Both the position numbers and the translations under genes were made by a program. The notes below the pieces were generated by a model. That model was not told where the DNA came from. It saw only the letters and a program-made list of their open reading frames with translations, and ran no database searches. Below are positions 1 to 10,045 of a stretch of DNA of 64,000 nt, one piece after another (positions within the stretch are counted from its first letter, which is position 1; every line of letters starts with the position of its first letter). Origin of the DNA: an uncultured Chloroflexia bacterium (lineage in GTDB: Bacteria; Chloroflexota; Limnocylindria; Limnocylindrales; CSP1-4); the NCBI GenBank assembly GCA_963763775.1, contig CAVXPZ010000001.1, positions 640,001 through 704,000 on the forward strand. The letters are read 5' to 3'.

Positions 1-476
1 AGGTCGGACGACGCCACGACCGCCGACGTCGGCAGGTTCCGGGCGACTTCCGCCGCGAGGTTGGGGCCCGACAGGGCCGCGACCCGTGTCGCCGGCACGC
101 CGCTCGCCTCGGCGACGACTTCGCTCATCCGCCGGAGTGAGCCCGGCTCGAGGCCCTTGACCACGGAGAGCCGGTCCGCGGATGGCGCCAGGAACGGTGC
201 GCACGCCTCGACCGTGGCCCGGAGGTGGGCCGAGGGCGCGGCGAAGAGCACGAGATCGGTCGCGTCGCGAAGCGCCGCCGGGTCGGCGGTCGCGATCACG
301 GTCGCGGGCAAGTCCACACCCGGGAGCCGCGGCTCGTTGCGTCCGGTCGCCGTGATCCGTGCCGCGGTCTCCGGGGAGTGGCACAGGAGCGTGACGGGCT
401 CGACCCGGGCGACGAGCCGGGCGAGGGTGGTCCCCCAGGCGCCGGCGCCGATGACGGCGACGGCCGGACCCACCAT
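1..476 (-). CDS. gpsA: NAD(P)H-dependent glycerol-3-phosphate dehydrogenase (runs off window)
   Basis: Manual translation from ATG at 476 (TGATG overlap with der stop): [19 protein letters not shown]...VVKGLE...ALSGPNLA; Rossmann GxGxxG and GPN motifs; usual position after der. Confidence 0.9.
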   Translation of the reverse strand, partial: MVGPAVAVIGAGAWGTTLARLVARVEPVTLLCHSPETAARITATGRNEPRLPGVDLPATVIATADPAALRDATDLVLFAAPSAHLRATVEACAPFLAPSADRLSVVKGLEPGSLRRMSEVVAEASGVPATRVAALSGPNLAAEVARNLPTSAVVASSD

Positions 477-2167
477 CAGTGCGGGCGGCGCGCCTTGCTC
501 GCGCTCGCTCGGCCGGCCGGCTTGGCCCCCTTGGCGGCGCCGGACTTCGTGCCCTTCGGCACGCCCGGCTTGGCGGCCTTCGCGGCGGCCCCCGGCGATT
601 GGCGCTTCTTGCGCGGCAGCTTCACCGACGCTCGGTCGCGGAACACGAGCTTGATCGGCGTGCCGTCGAACCCGAACGTCTCACGGAGGCGGTTCTCCAG
701 GTACCGGCGATAGCTGAAATGCACGGCCGAGGCGTCCGAGGCGAAGAAGACGAACGTGGGCGGCGCGATCGCGGCCTGGGTCGCATAGAAGATCTTCGGC
801 CGGCGGCCGCGGACCGGCGGCGGCGGGGTCCGTTCGGTCGCGGCATTGAGCATCCGGTTGAGCCCGCCGGTCGAGATCCGGCGACGACGCTCCGCCCAGA
901 TGTCGACGGCCGCCTCGAGGACGCGGCCGACGCGCTGGCCGGTCTTGGCGCTGATCGAGACGATCGGGGCGAAGTCGATGAACGGGACCTCGTTGCGGAT
1001 CCATTCGACGTACTGGTCGAAGGTCCGGTCGGTCTTCTCCTCGAGCAGGTCCCACTTGTTGACCGCGATGACGAGGCCCTTGCCCTCCTCGACCGCATAC
1101 CCCGCGACGTGCGCGTCCTGGGCGGTGAGGCCCTCGACCGCGTCGATGACGAGGACGGCGACGTCCGCCCGCGACAACGCCCGGAGCGCGCGGAGGGTGG
1201 AGTACTTGTCCGCCGCGGGACCGTTCGCCACCTTGCCGCGACGGCGGATCCCGGCGGTGTCGATGAGGATGACCTCGCTGCGGCCCCACGCGAGCCGCGT
1301 ATCGATGGCGTCGCGCGTCGTCCCCGGGACCGCCGACACGATCGAGCGCTCCTCGCCGAGGAGCGCGTTCAGCAGGCTCGACTTGCCCACGTTCGGCCGG
1401 CCGATGAACGCGATGGCCGCCGGTTCGGTGTCCGCCTCCGCGGCGATGGCCGCGTCCCACTTGGCCGCCTCCGGGTCGATCTCGAGGCTCGCGTCGGCAT
1501 CGGCGTCGGTGTCGCCGTCGACGCCTCGCCGTCATCGTCGTCTTCCTCGCCGTCCTCGCCCGACGACGAACGGCTCCAACCGACCCGCCGCGACCTCGTC
1601 GGCCCACGCCTCCGCCTCGGCGTCGCGAGTCTTGCGCGCGAGCTCCTGGTCGCTCTCGGGCGGCAGCGACCACACGACCGCGTCGAGCAGGTCGGCGGTC
1701 CCGCGGCCATGCGACGCGGAGATCGCGTACGTCTCCTCCCATCCGAGCGAGTAGAACTCGGCGCCCTCGAGCTCGCGCTTCTCGTTGTCGGCCTTGTTCA
1801 CCGCGACGATCACCGGAGCCTTCGCCCGTCGCAGGATCTCGGCGGCCTCGTAGTCAGCGGGCGTCAGCCCGGCGGCGGCGTCCCCGACGAACACGATGAC
1901 GTCGGCCTCGGCGATGGCGAGCCGGGCCTGCTCCTGGACACGCGCCTCGATCGGGTCGTCCGGGTCGAGCTCGAGGCCGCCCGTGTCGACGATGACGAAG
2001 CGCCGGCCGTTCCACTCGGCATCGCCGTAGAGGCGGTCGCGGGTCGTTCGCGCCCGGTCCTCGACGATGGCCGTCCGGCCGCCGACGATCCGGTTGAAGA
2101 GCGTGCTCTTGCCGACGTTCGGCCGTCCGACGATGGCGACGACCGGGAGGCCGCTGGTCCCGCTCAC
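476..2167 (-). CDS. der: Ribosome biogenesis double GTPase Der/EngA (compensating indels near 1525-1562 create an in-frame TGA)
   Basis: Two G domains ([17 protein letters not shown]; [17 protein letters not shown]) plus KH-like C-terminus; acidic linker [11 protein letters not shown] reads in an alternative frame. Confidence 0.93.
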
Positions 2168-2171
2168 GGGA

Positions 2172-3149
2172 TCAGGCCGCGCCGGTCGTGATGGCCCGTG
2201 TCGGCGTAGGGAGCGATGTCGTGCGGCCGGCGGGCGTCGCGGCGTCGGCGAGCGCGGCTTCGGCAAGGGCGGCGGCGGCGGCCTGCGTGGCGCTCGTCCC
2301 GGCGCGGTCGAGGATCCAGAACGCGACGTCGCGAAGGTCCTCGATCGGCGTGGAGGTCCCACCGGTGACCCCGACGGTCCGGGCGCCGTCGAACGGCGCG
2401 AGATCGGCGAGGTCCGCGACCCCCTGGATCTGGATGGCCGGCGTGCCGACGATCTCGCAGAGCCGCGTGAGCTCCTTCGTGTTGGCACTCGACCGACCGC
2501 CGACGACGACCATGAGGTCGACCTCGCGAGCGAGCTCGACCGTGTCCTCCTGGCGGCGGATCGTCACGGGGCAGACCGTGTTGACGATCTTGAGCTCGTG
2601 CGAGCGGCTCACCATGAACGCCGCGAGCTTCTCGAACTTCCAGGGCGGCTGCGTGGACTGGCTGATCAGTGCGAGCCGCTTCCGGCGCGGGATCGCGGCG
2701 TCCCATTCCTCCTCGTCGTCGACGACGATCGCGTCGGGGGCGAACCCGAGCAGACCGACGACCTCGGGGTGGTTCGGCGTCCCGAGGAGCACGATCGTGT
2801 AGCCCTCGTCCACGAGGCGGCGCAGCTCGCGCTGCTCGGCGATGACCCAGGTGCACGTGCCGTCGATCACCTCGAGGCCGCGCGCCTCGGCGCGCTCGAG
2901 CACGTCCGGGCGGACGCCGTGGGCCCGGATCACGACGGCCGCCCCGTGGTCGACCTCGTCGAGCGTGTCGACGGTCTGGATGCCGAGCTCGCGCAGGTCG
3001 CGGACCACGCCGTCGTTATGGACGACCTGGCCGAGCGTGTGGGTCGACTTGCCGGCCGACGCGGATTCCTTGGCCTTGTCGATGGCCTCGCGCACGCCGT
3101 AGCAGAAGCCGGTGCGCTTCGCGATGCGGACGTGTTCGACGGTGCCCAT
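2172..3149 (-). CDS. ispH: 4-hydroxy-3-methylbut-2-enyl diphosphate reductase
   Basis: GFCYGV, VHN, RAHGV, DGTC, SQST, NTVC..T..RQ, SANT, GGTSTP motifs. Confidence 0.95.
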   Translation of the reverse strand: MGTVEHVRIAKRTGFCYGVREAIDKAKESASAGKSTHTLGQVVHNDGVVRDLRELGIQTVDTLDEVDHGAAVVIRAHGVRPDVLERAEARGLEVIDGTCTWVIAEQRELRRLVDEGYTIVLLGTPNHPEVVGLLGFAPDAIVVDDEEEWDAAIPRRKRLALISQSTQPPWKFEKLAAFMVSRSHELKIVNTVCPVTIRRQEDTVELAREVDLMVVVGGRSSANTKELTRLCEIVGTPAIQIQGVADLADLAPFDGARTVGVTGGTSTPIEDLRDVAFWILDRAGTSATQAAAAALAEAALADAATPAGRTTSLPTPTRAITTGAA

Positions 3150-3156
3150 GCGCCGA

Positions 3157-3918
3157 TTATCGCACGGGGTCCGGTCCCGACCCCCCGTAGACCCCTCGCT
3201 GACCGGGTGGCAGCAGCTCCGCGATGCGCCGCATGATGAGATCGGTCGCCAGGCCCTTGGCGGCCTTTCGGTCGGTGCCCGGGGGCAGCTCGTCGGCCAG
3301 ACGGAACGCGTGGCCGACCCGGACGGTCACGTGGCCACCCGGGTGCGGGAGCTTCTGTCCGCGCGGCCAGACGCCGCTGGACCCGCCGATCCCGACCGGC
3401 AGGATCGGGGCGCCGGTGCGGATCGCCAGCACCGCGACGCCGTCCCGCGCCGCTTGCAACGCTCCGTCCGGGCTCCGGGTCCCCTCGGGGAAGACGAACA
3501 GCACCTGCCCGTCGTCGAGGATGCGCTTCGCGAGCCGGAAGGCCTCGACGTCCGCCGCGCCGCGATCGACCGGATGCACGCCGCCGTGCAACGCCAGCCA
3601 GCCGACGACCGGCCAGTCGAACAGCTCCTTCTTGCCGAGCCAGTGGATCCGCCGGCCGAGCTTGGGCATGAGCCACGAGCCCAGGACCGGCGCGTCGAAG
3701 TTCGATGCGTGGTTCGCCGCGATGATCAGCGGCCCGTCCATCGGGATCTCGTCGATCGCGCCCTCGATGCGCACCCGGGTCATGCCTCGCGCGAAGATCC
3801 GTCCACCGAACGTGAGCGTGGAGATCAGGGGCGTGATCGCCGAGTCGAGGCTGCCCTGGTCGTCGCGAAGTCCGCTGTCCCGCGGCTCCCTCGGCTCGCG
3901 GTCGTCCTCGGCCGTCAT
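3157..3918 (-). CDS. plsC: 1-acyl-sn-glycerol-3-phosphate acyltransferase (PlsC family)
   Basis: NHASNFD (HxxxxD), KKELF, FPEGTRS motifs; ATG at 3918 overlaps cmk stop. Confidence 0.9.
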   Translation of the reverse strand: MTAEDDREPREPRDSGLRDDQGSLDSAITPLISTLTFGGRIFARGMTRVRIEGAIDEIPMDGPLIIAANHASNFDAPVLGSWLMPKLGRRIHWLGKKELFDWPVVGWLALHGGVHPVDRGAADVEAFRLAKRILDDGQVLFVFPEGTRSPDGALQAARDGVAVLAIRTGAPILPVGIGGSSGVWPRGQKLPHPGGHVTVRVGHAFRLADELPPGTDRKAAKGLATDLIMRRIAELLPPGQRGVYGGSGPDPVR

Positions 3919-4611
3919 CGACGCGCCTCCGCGTCGCGGATCGCGCCGACGAGCGCCGCGACCGTGTCCGCGAACTCGTTGCCGTCGGTCGAGATGATCC
4001 GCGCGTCCGAGGCCGGCCGAAGAGGCGCGACCGGGCGGTTGCGGTCGAGCTCGTCGCGCCGCCGGAGCGCCACGAGGATCTCCTGCGCGGCCGGGCTCCC
4101 GGGGTCGAGGCGTCGTTCCTCGGTCCGCCGTCGCGCCCGCTCCTCGACGGAAGCGTCGAGGAAGACCTTCAGGTCCGCGTCGGGCAGCACGACCGTCCCG
4201 ATGTCGCGGCCGGCCATGATGATCGAGCCGTCGGCGGCGAGCTCGCGCTGCCGCGCGAGGAGGGCGTCCCGCAGCTCCGGCACGGCCGCCACGGCGGACA
4301 CGGCCGAAATCGACCGCGGGGCTGCGGACCTCGTCGGTGTGGTCGATGCCGTCGACGAGGACCCTCGCGAGGCGGCCGCGCTCGTCCGGCGCCAGCTCCA
4401 CCTCGGTCACGAGGGCGCTCAGCGCGACGGGGTCGTCGACTTCGACGCCGCGATGCTCCGCGAGCCACGTCACGGCGCGGTACAGGAGCCCCGTATCGCA
4501 GAACCGATAGCCGAGCTCGGCAGCCGCGGCGGCACCGACGCTGCTCTTCCCCGACGACCCGGGCCCGTCAAGGGCGACGGCCAGGCCTCGGTGCGGGGAT
4601 CGGTCGGTCAT
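3915..4611 (-). CDS. cmk: Cytidylate kinase (frameshift near 4305)
   Basis: N-half DGPGSSGKSS..DTGLLYRA; C-half GRDIGTVVLPDADLKVFLDASVEERARRR in another frame. Confidence 0.9.
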
Positions 4612-5419
4612 GTCCCGCAGGATAGTCGACGGGGGCCGCTCCCCGGCTCCGGCCGCCGCCAGCCGCCAGGCTGCGGATCTCGGGCGCTTTCAGAGCACGG
4701 ACGCCCCCACTGCGAAGCCCGTCGATGCGGACAGGCCCGATGCGCACCCGCACGAGGCGGTCGATCGGCGAACTCACCGCGCCGAACATGCGCCGAAGCT
4801 GCCGCTTCCAGCCCTGGGCGAGTGTCGCGCGATACCAGGTCAGGCCGACCGCCTCGGGTCGCAGCAGCGCCCCCAGGCGCTCGACCTCGATGCCGGTCAT
4901 CGTGCGCAGGCCGCTGAGGGTCGCCATCCCCTCCTCGAGCTCGATGCCAGCCTTGAGCCGCCGCACCTGCTCGGCGTCCAGTGGCACACGCAGGCCGATC
5001 GCGTACTCACGCTCCACGCCGTAGCGCGGATGGAGGACGCGCTCCGACCAGCCGCCGTCGTTGGTGAGCAGCAGCATCCCCTCCGAGTCCTGGTCGAGCC
5101 GGCCGACCGGGTAGAGCCGCGCGCCCTCGGGGACGAGCGCGGTGGGCAGGTAGTCGAGCACGGTCTGCTCGGCGTGTCGGTCGCTCGAGGTGGAGGTCAC
5201 TCCGGCGGGCTTGTGGAGCAGCAGGTACGCGTGCACGGAGGCGCCGCCGATGATGCGGCCGTCGACCGCCACCACCGCCCGCGACGGATCGACGGACATG
5301 CCGACCGACGCGACCTTCCCGTCGACCGTCACGCGGCCGGCAGCGATCATCGCCTCGCTGGCCCGCCTCGAGGCCACACCGGCGGCGGCCAGCACCTTCT
5401 GGAGCCGCTCCGTCGCCAT
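4568..5419 (-). CDS. rluB: rRNA pseudouridine synthase, RluB/RsuA family
   Basis: S4 domain ERLQKVLAAAGVASRR; catalytic GRLDQDSEG; follows scpB. Confidence 0.88.
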   Translation of the reverse strand: MATERLQKVLAAAGVASRRASEAMIAAGRVTVDGKVASVGMSVDPSRAVVAVDGRIIGGASVHAYLLLHKPAGVTSTSSDRHAEQTVLDYLPTALVPEGARLYPVGRLDQDSEGMLLLTNDGGWSERVLHPRYGVEREYAIGLRVPLDAEQVRRLKAGIELEEGMATLSGLRTMTGIEVERLGALLRPEAVGLTWYRATLAQGWKRQLRRMFGAVSSPIDRLVRVRIGPVRIDGLRSGGVRALKAPEIRSLAAGGGRSRGAAPVDYPAGHDRPIPAPRPGRRP

Positions 5420-6204
5420 CAGTCGGGGCCGTCCGGGCCCGCGGCGGCGGCCGACGCGGCGTCGGCCGCGGCGGTCTCGAGCGAGTCATCGGCCCCGAGG
5501 ACGAGTTCGAGCTGGTCCGCGGGGACGTCCGGGACTTCCCCGCCCTCTTCCGCGAGACGACCGGCGACCTCGACGTCGAGCGGTGGCAGCTCCTCGAGGC
5601 TCGACAGCCCGAACCGCTCGAGGAAGTCGAAGCCTGTGCCGTACAGGAACGGGCGGCCCGGCGCGCCCGAGCGACCCAGCTCGACCACCAGCCGCCGGTG
5701 CAGGAGCGAGCGCATCGTGTAGTCCGAATCCACGCCGCGGATGCGTTCGACCCCCGCCTTGGTGATCGGCTGTCGGTACGCGACGATCGCGAGTGTCTCG
5801 AGCGACGCGGGCGAGAGCCGGACGGCGTCGGCGCCGACGTAGCGTGCGACGAGGGCGCCGCCATCGGGCGCCGTCGCCAGTTCGACGCGGTCGCCGTCGA
5901 CGAGGAGCGCGATCCCGCGGCCACGGAGCGAGACCTCGAGGTCGCCGAGCCGCGCATCGACCGTGTCGCGGTCCGTCCCGGCCAGCGCCGCGATCTCGCG
6001 ACGCGACAACGGCCGCTCCGCGACGAAGAGCAGGGCCTCGAGCGCGGCCTCGGTCAGCTCGATCGGGGGCAGCGCATCTTGGGCCGGCGCAGCGTCCGGG
6101 CCTGGGGCCGAGTCCGGCTCGCCTGCGGAACCGGATGCGTCGGCGACGTCCCCGGCCGCGATGCCGTCGACGGCTTCGACCGACTCGTCGCGCGCATCGA
6201 TCAT
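5419..6204 (-). CDS. scpB: SMC-Scp complex subunit ScpB
   Basis: EALLFVA, LSPASLETLAIVAYRQPIT, IRGVDS, GRPFLYGT..FLERFGL. Confidence 0.93.
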   Translation of the reverse strand: MIDARDESVEAVDGIAAGDVADASGSAGEPDSAPGPDAAPAQDALPPIELTEAALEALLFVAERPLSRREIAALAGTDRDTVDARLGDLEVSLRGRGIALLVDGDRVELATAPDGGALVARYVGADAVRLSPASLETLAIVAYRQPITKAGVERIRGVDSDYTMRSLLHRRLVVELGRSGAPGRPFLYGTGFDFLERFGLSSLEELPPLDVEVAGRLAEEGGEVPDVPADQLELVLGADDSLETAAADAASAAAAGPDGPD

Positions 6205-7079
6205 GCGAAGGACTCCAGGGACTCGTCGAGGGGCGCGGTCTCGGCATCGACCGGCAGCCCGGCCGCGGCTCGCTCCTCGGCGGTGGTCGCCCGGGCCACG
6301 ATCGGTCCCCACGGCGACGCCTGCGAGACGACGATCTCGCGGCGCTTCATGAGCTCGAGCATCGCAAGGAACGTGACCGCGATGACGACCCGGTCGCGGA
6401 CCCCGTTCAGGAGGTCCTGGAGCACGACCGTCGAGGCGCCTCGCAAGGCGGCCCGGATGATCTCGGCCCGTTCGGTCAGCGTGATCGTGCGCGCCACGAT
6501 CTCCGGTGGCGTCTCGATGGGCGGGGCGAGGATCGCCAGCCGGTCGAGCGCACGGATGAGCCGCACCGGGTCGAGCGGGGTCGGGTCCATGGGTCGCGCC
6601 CCGGCGACCGCGGCCGCGTGCGCCACGGATGGCTCGCGTCGGAACAACCCGACCCGCTCGAGGGCCGTGTCCGCGAGGCGCAGTCCGGCGTCGCGATGCG
6701 CGCGATAGAGGAGGAGCCGGGCACGAAGTTCGGCCTCGGGATCCGGCGCCTCGTCGTCGGCGCCGGACGACGCGATCGCGGGTGGCCGCGGCAGCATCGC
6801 GCGGCTCTTGATGAGGATGAGCTGTCCCGCGACCGCGACGAAGGCGCTGATGTTGCCCAGGCGGTCCGACTCCAGCGTGGCCAGCGCATCCAGGTACGCG
6901 TCCGCGAGAGCCCCGAGCGGCACCGTGAGCACGTCGAGTCGGCGAGCCTCGATCAGGGACAGCAGGAGTCCGAGCGGGCCCTCGAACTCGGCCACCTGGA
7001 CCTGGGTCGTCGCCTCGGGGCGGCGGCCCTCCGCGAACCGAACGGCGGTCTCGGGCGCCATCACCGGCACGCCGACCAT
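6201..7079 (-). CDS. scpA: Segregation/condensation kleisin ScpA
   Basis: FEGPLGLLLSLI, LILIKSRAMLP, VTFLAMLELMK; start at 7079 or 7061. Confidence 0.92.
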   Translation of the reverse strand: MVGVPVMAPETAVRFAEGRRPEATTQVQVAEFEGPLGLLLSLIEARRLDVLTVPLGALADAYLDALATLESDRLGNISAFVAVAGQLILIKSRAMLPRPPAIASSGADDEAPDPEAELRARLLLYRAHRDAGLRLADTALERVGLFRREPSVAHAAAVAGARPMDPTPLDPVRLIRALDRLAILAPPIETPPEIVARTITLTERAEIIRAALRGASTVVLQDLLNGVRDRVVIAVTFLAMLELMKRREIVVSQASPWGPIVARATTAEERAAAGLPVDAETAPLDESLESFA

Positions 7080-7573
7080 CAGTTCGCCTCGTCCGCGAGC
7101 CGCAGGAGCTCGCCGAACTCCGGGTCGCGCGGCGCATCCTGCCAGCGGATCAACTCCACGGTCCGGGGGCTGCAGCCGGCACGCTCGGCGAGGGTGGCGG
7201 AGGTCTCCGGGTGCGTCCGGAGCCGCTCGAGGGCCACGCCGAACCCGGGAATCAGCGCACCCACACGCCAGATCCACGTCCCGAACGCCTGGCCGAGCGA
7301 GTACGCGACTCGAGGCCAGACGCCGGTGTCGCCCTTGCCCGCGTCATGCAGCAGGCCCGCGAGGAGCACGTCGGGGTCCGACACGCCCTCCGCTCGCAAC
7401 GACGTCACGACGTCGAGCCCGTGCCGTCGGTCGGCGACATGCATGCCATCGAAGACCGTCTGCTGGGCCGTGGTCGTCCAGGTCGCCAGCGCCGACCGCT
7501 CTTCGGGCGTCACGCGAGCCCGGAGATGCGCGCGGAACTGGCGCGCCTTAGACGCGAACCAGGAAGAGCGCAC
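7079..7573 (-). CDS. Small HD-domain phosphohydrolase
   Basis: DRRH...LLHDAGK...H...ADE HD-superfamily pattern. Confidence 0.7.
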   Translation of the reverse strand: MRSSWFASKARQFRAHLRARVTPEERSALATWTTTAQQTVFDGMHVADRRHGLDVVTSLRAEGVSDPDVLLAGLLHDAGKGDTGVWPRVAYSLGQAFGTWIWRVGALIPGFGVALERLRTHPETSATLAERAGCSPRTVELIRWQDAPRDPEFGELLRLADEAN

Positions 7574-8234
7574 TGCCGGTCAGGAAGGAGTAGAACGCGT
7601 CCAGGATCGGGAGGAGGATGCGGCCCAGGATCGAGTCGCCGAGCGGGAAGAGGATCAACGCGAAGAGGATCAGGAAGCCGTACTGCTCGAGGAACGGCCT
7701 GACGCGGTACTCGGTCTGCCGATCGAGCGCGGCGAACAGCACCTTCGATCCGTCGAGCGGCGGGATCGGGATCAGGTTGAAGAGCATCAGCACGAGGTTG
7801 ATGTTCACGAACAGCGCGAGGACGTTGTACAGGATCGGGACCGAGTCGATGAGCGACGGGTTCGCGAGCATGAAGCGGAGTGGCAGCGCCGCCGCGGCGG
7901 CGAGGACCAGGTTCGAGAGCGGGCCGGCCGCCGACACGATCGCCTCGCCGCGCCGGCCGCCTTCGAGGTTCATCGGGTTGACGGGCGTGGGTTTGGCCCA
8001 CCCGAACCCGAACGCCCCGCCCGACAGCAGGAACGAGATCGCCAGGATGCTCCCGCCCGCCGGGTCGAAGTGGGCGACCGGGTTGAGGGTCAGCCGCCCG
8101 AAGAGCTTGGCCGTCCCGTCGCCGAGTCGATAGGCCGCCAGCGCGTGCGAGAACTCGTGGACCGGGAAACCCACCAGCAACATGATGGCGACGACGATGA
8201 CGATGGGCAGGAGTGCATTCGGATCCAGGTTCAC
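7548..8234 (-). CDS. Site-2 protease (M50 family intramembrane metalloprotease)
   Basis: HEFSH, AGPLSN, FNLIPIPPLDG motifs; hydrophobic. Confidence 0.92.
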   Translation of the reverse strand: MNLDPNALLPIVIVVAIMLLVGFPVHEFSHALAAYRLGDGTAKLFGRLTLNPVAHFDPAGGSILAISFLLSGGAFGFGWAKPTPVNPMNLEGGRRGEAIVSAAGPLSNLVLAAAAALPLRFMLANPSLIDSVPILYNVLALFVNINLVLMLFNLIPIPPLDGSKVLFAALDRQTEYRVRPFLEQYGFLILFALILFPLGDSILGRILLPILDAFYSFLTGSALFLVRV

Positions 8235-8270
8235 GCGTTCCTCTCGTTGGGGTCCCGCGTATGGTAGCCG

Positions 8271-9062
8271 CTAGAGTCGCCCGAGCAGGTCCGCCTTCTT
8301 GTGCTCGTACTCCTCGGCCGTGATCGCGCCGCGATCGCGCAGGTCCGCGAGGTTCGCGAGCGTCCGGGTGACCTCGTCCGGGCTCAGGTCCCGTGGCGCC
8401 GGTGCGGCCGACGTGGCCGCAGCCGCCGACGCACCGGCCGTCGGGCTCACGGTCGTCGCCGAGTCGGTCCCGCCGGCGCTCCCGGCACCGCCGAACGGGT
8501 CCGCCGCACTCGCCTTGAGCGGCGGGCTCGGCGGCCAGCTCTGGCGCTCCATGTCGACCTCGAATTCGTGCTTCGCGTCGAGCATCGCCTTCTTGAACTC
8601 GATCGGGCCGCGGATCATGCGGAACTTGTCGATCCCGATGTCGGCGGCGGTCAGCACGTCGAGGTCGCCGAAGTCGAACATCCGCCCGAAGATCGACTGC
8701 GTCAGGACGGCGTCATTGATCTTCTCGAGCGAGCTGTCGGCCGAGTGCTTGTTGAGCACGCCACCCACCTGCATCACCCGCCGGTTGGTGATGACGTACT
8801 CCTGGCTCAGGTAGTGGAGCGTCGTCCAGAGGAGCACGACCAGGCCAGCGAGGAAGATCGCCAGGACCACCCAGCCGATGACGAACCGCGCGCCGCCCGA
8901 GATCCCGTCGGTGGAGAGGCCGTTCCAGACGAACGTCAGGATGATCGCGATGACGATCGCCAGGATCGTGAATCTGGCGCCCCAAACGAACACGAACCAG
9001 TGCTGCTTCTCCCGGTGGATGATCCGTTCGCCGCTCGACAGGAGCGTGTCCGCGAAGCTCAT
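8271..9062 (-). CDS. Membrane protein with bacterial PH domain and C-terminal SHOCT domain
   Basis: Two TM helices; YVITNRRV..GVL..SLEKINDA..QSIFGRMFDFGDL; C-terminal LADLRDRGAITAEEYEHKKADLL. Confidence 0.8.
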   Translation of the reverse strand: MSFADTLLSSGERIIHREKQHWFVFVWGARFTILAIVIAIILTFVWNGLSTDGISGGARFVIGWVVLAIFLAGLVVLLWTTLHYLSQEYVITNRRVMQVGGVLNKHSADSSLEKINDAVLTQSIFGRMFDFGDLDVLTAADIGIDKFRMIRGPIEFKKAMLDAKHEFEVDMERQSWPPSPPLKASAADPFGGAGSAGGTDSATTVSPTAGASAAAATSAAPAPRDLSPDEVTRTLANLADLRDRGAITAEEYEHKKADLLGRL

Positions 9063-9080
9063 CGGTGCGAGGCCTCCCCT

Positions 9081-10041
9081 TCAGGCCCTCGGATGGGCCC
9101 GACTGTAGACATCCCGGATCCGCTCACCGGTCAGGTGCGTGTAGAGCTGGGTCGTGGAGATACTCGCATGTCCGAGCAACTCCTGGACGATCCGCAGGTC
9201 GGCCCCGCCCTCGAGCAGATGGGTCGCGAACGAGTGGCGCAGGGTGTGCGGGCTGACCCGGTCGTCGAGGCCCGCGCGACCGGCCGCCCCCTTGACGGCG
9301 GCCCAGGCCTGCTGTCGCGCAAGGCGACGGCCGCGGTCGCCGAGGAAGACCGGGCCGCCACGGGTCGGCGACGACGTGGTGGAGCGCGAGCAGGCGGTCG
9401 CGAGGACCGGCCTCCCAGCGCGCCAGCCAGTCGAGCGCCACGTCGCCCACCGGCACGAGCCGCTCCTTGTCGCCCTTGCCGATGACCCGCACGAACCCGC
9501 CGTCGACCGAGAGGTCCTCCCGGTCGAGCCGCAGCGCCTCGGTGATTCGGAGCCCGGCGGCGTACAGCAGCTCGAGGAGCGCGCGGTCGCGGAGCTGGCG
9601 GTCGAGGTCCGGCGCGTCGGGGTCGTCGCCGCCGGCGGCCTCGAGCAGCCGCTCGGTCTCCTCGACGGTCAGGGTCTCCGGCAGGAGTCGCGTCTGCTTC
9701 GGCAGGTCGAGGTGGCCGGCCACGTCCGCCTCGATCAGGCCCTCGCCGTACGCGAACCGGTAGAAGCCCTTCAGCGACGCCACGCGACGGCGGAGGCTCG
9801 TCGGGGCGAGCCCGGGGTCCAGCGGCCGCCCGCGACGGGCGCGCGCGGCGAGGTACGTGGTCGCCACGTCGGGTGAGCGCGACCAGCGCGCCGCGACCCC
9901 GGGCGCCGCGGCGAAATCGAGCAGGTCCGCCCGGTACGCGACGATCGTCGCGGGTGCCAGGCCACGCTCCACCGTGAGGTAGGTCAGGTACTCGTCGATC
10001 GCCCGCTCGAGCTCGGGCGCGGGCGCCGACGTCGGAGGCAT
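9081..10041 (-). CDS. xerD: Tyrosine recombinase XerD-like (frameshift near 9365)
   Basis: [37 protein letters not shown]; C-terminus [40 protein letters not shown] in another frame; position after recN. Confidence 0.85.
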
Positions 10042-10045
10042 GAGG

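Noticed and set aside
1532-1534. In-frame TGA in der as selenocysteine or read-through
   Set aside because: A +1/-1 indel pair around it restores the expected acidic linker
3157-4611. Apparent Cmk-PlsC fusion
   Set aside because: Cmk C-half is in another frame with its own stop at 3915; the joining segment is off-frame sequence
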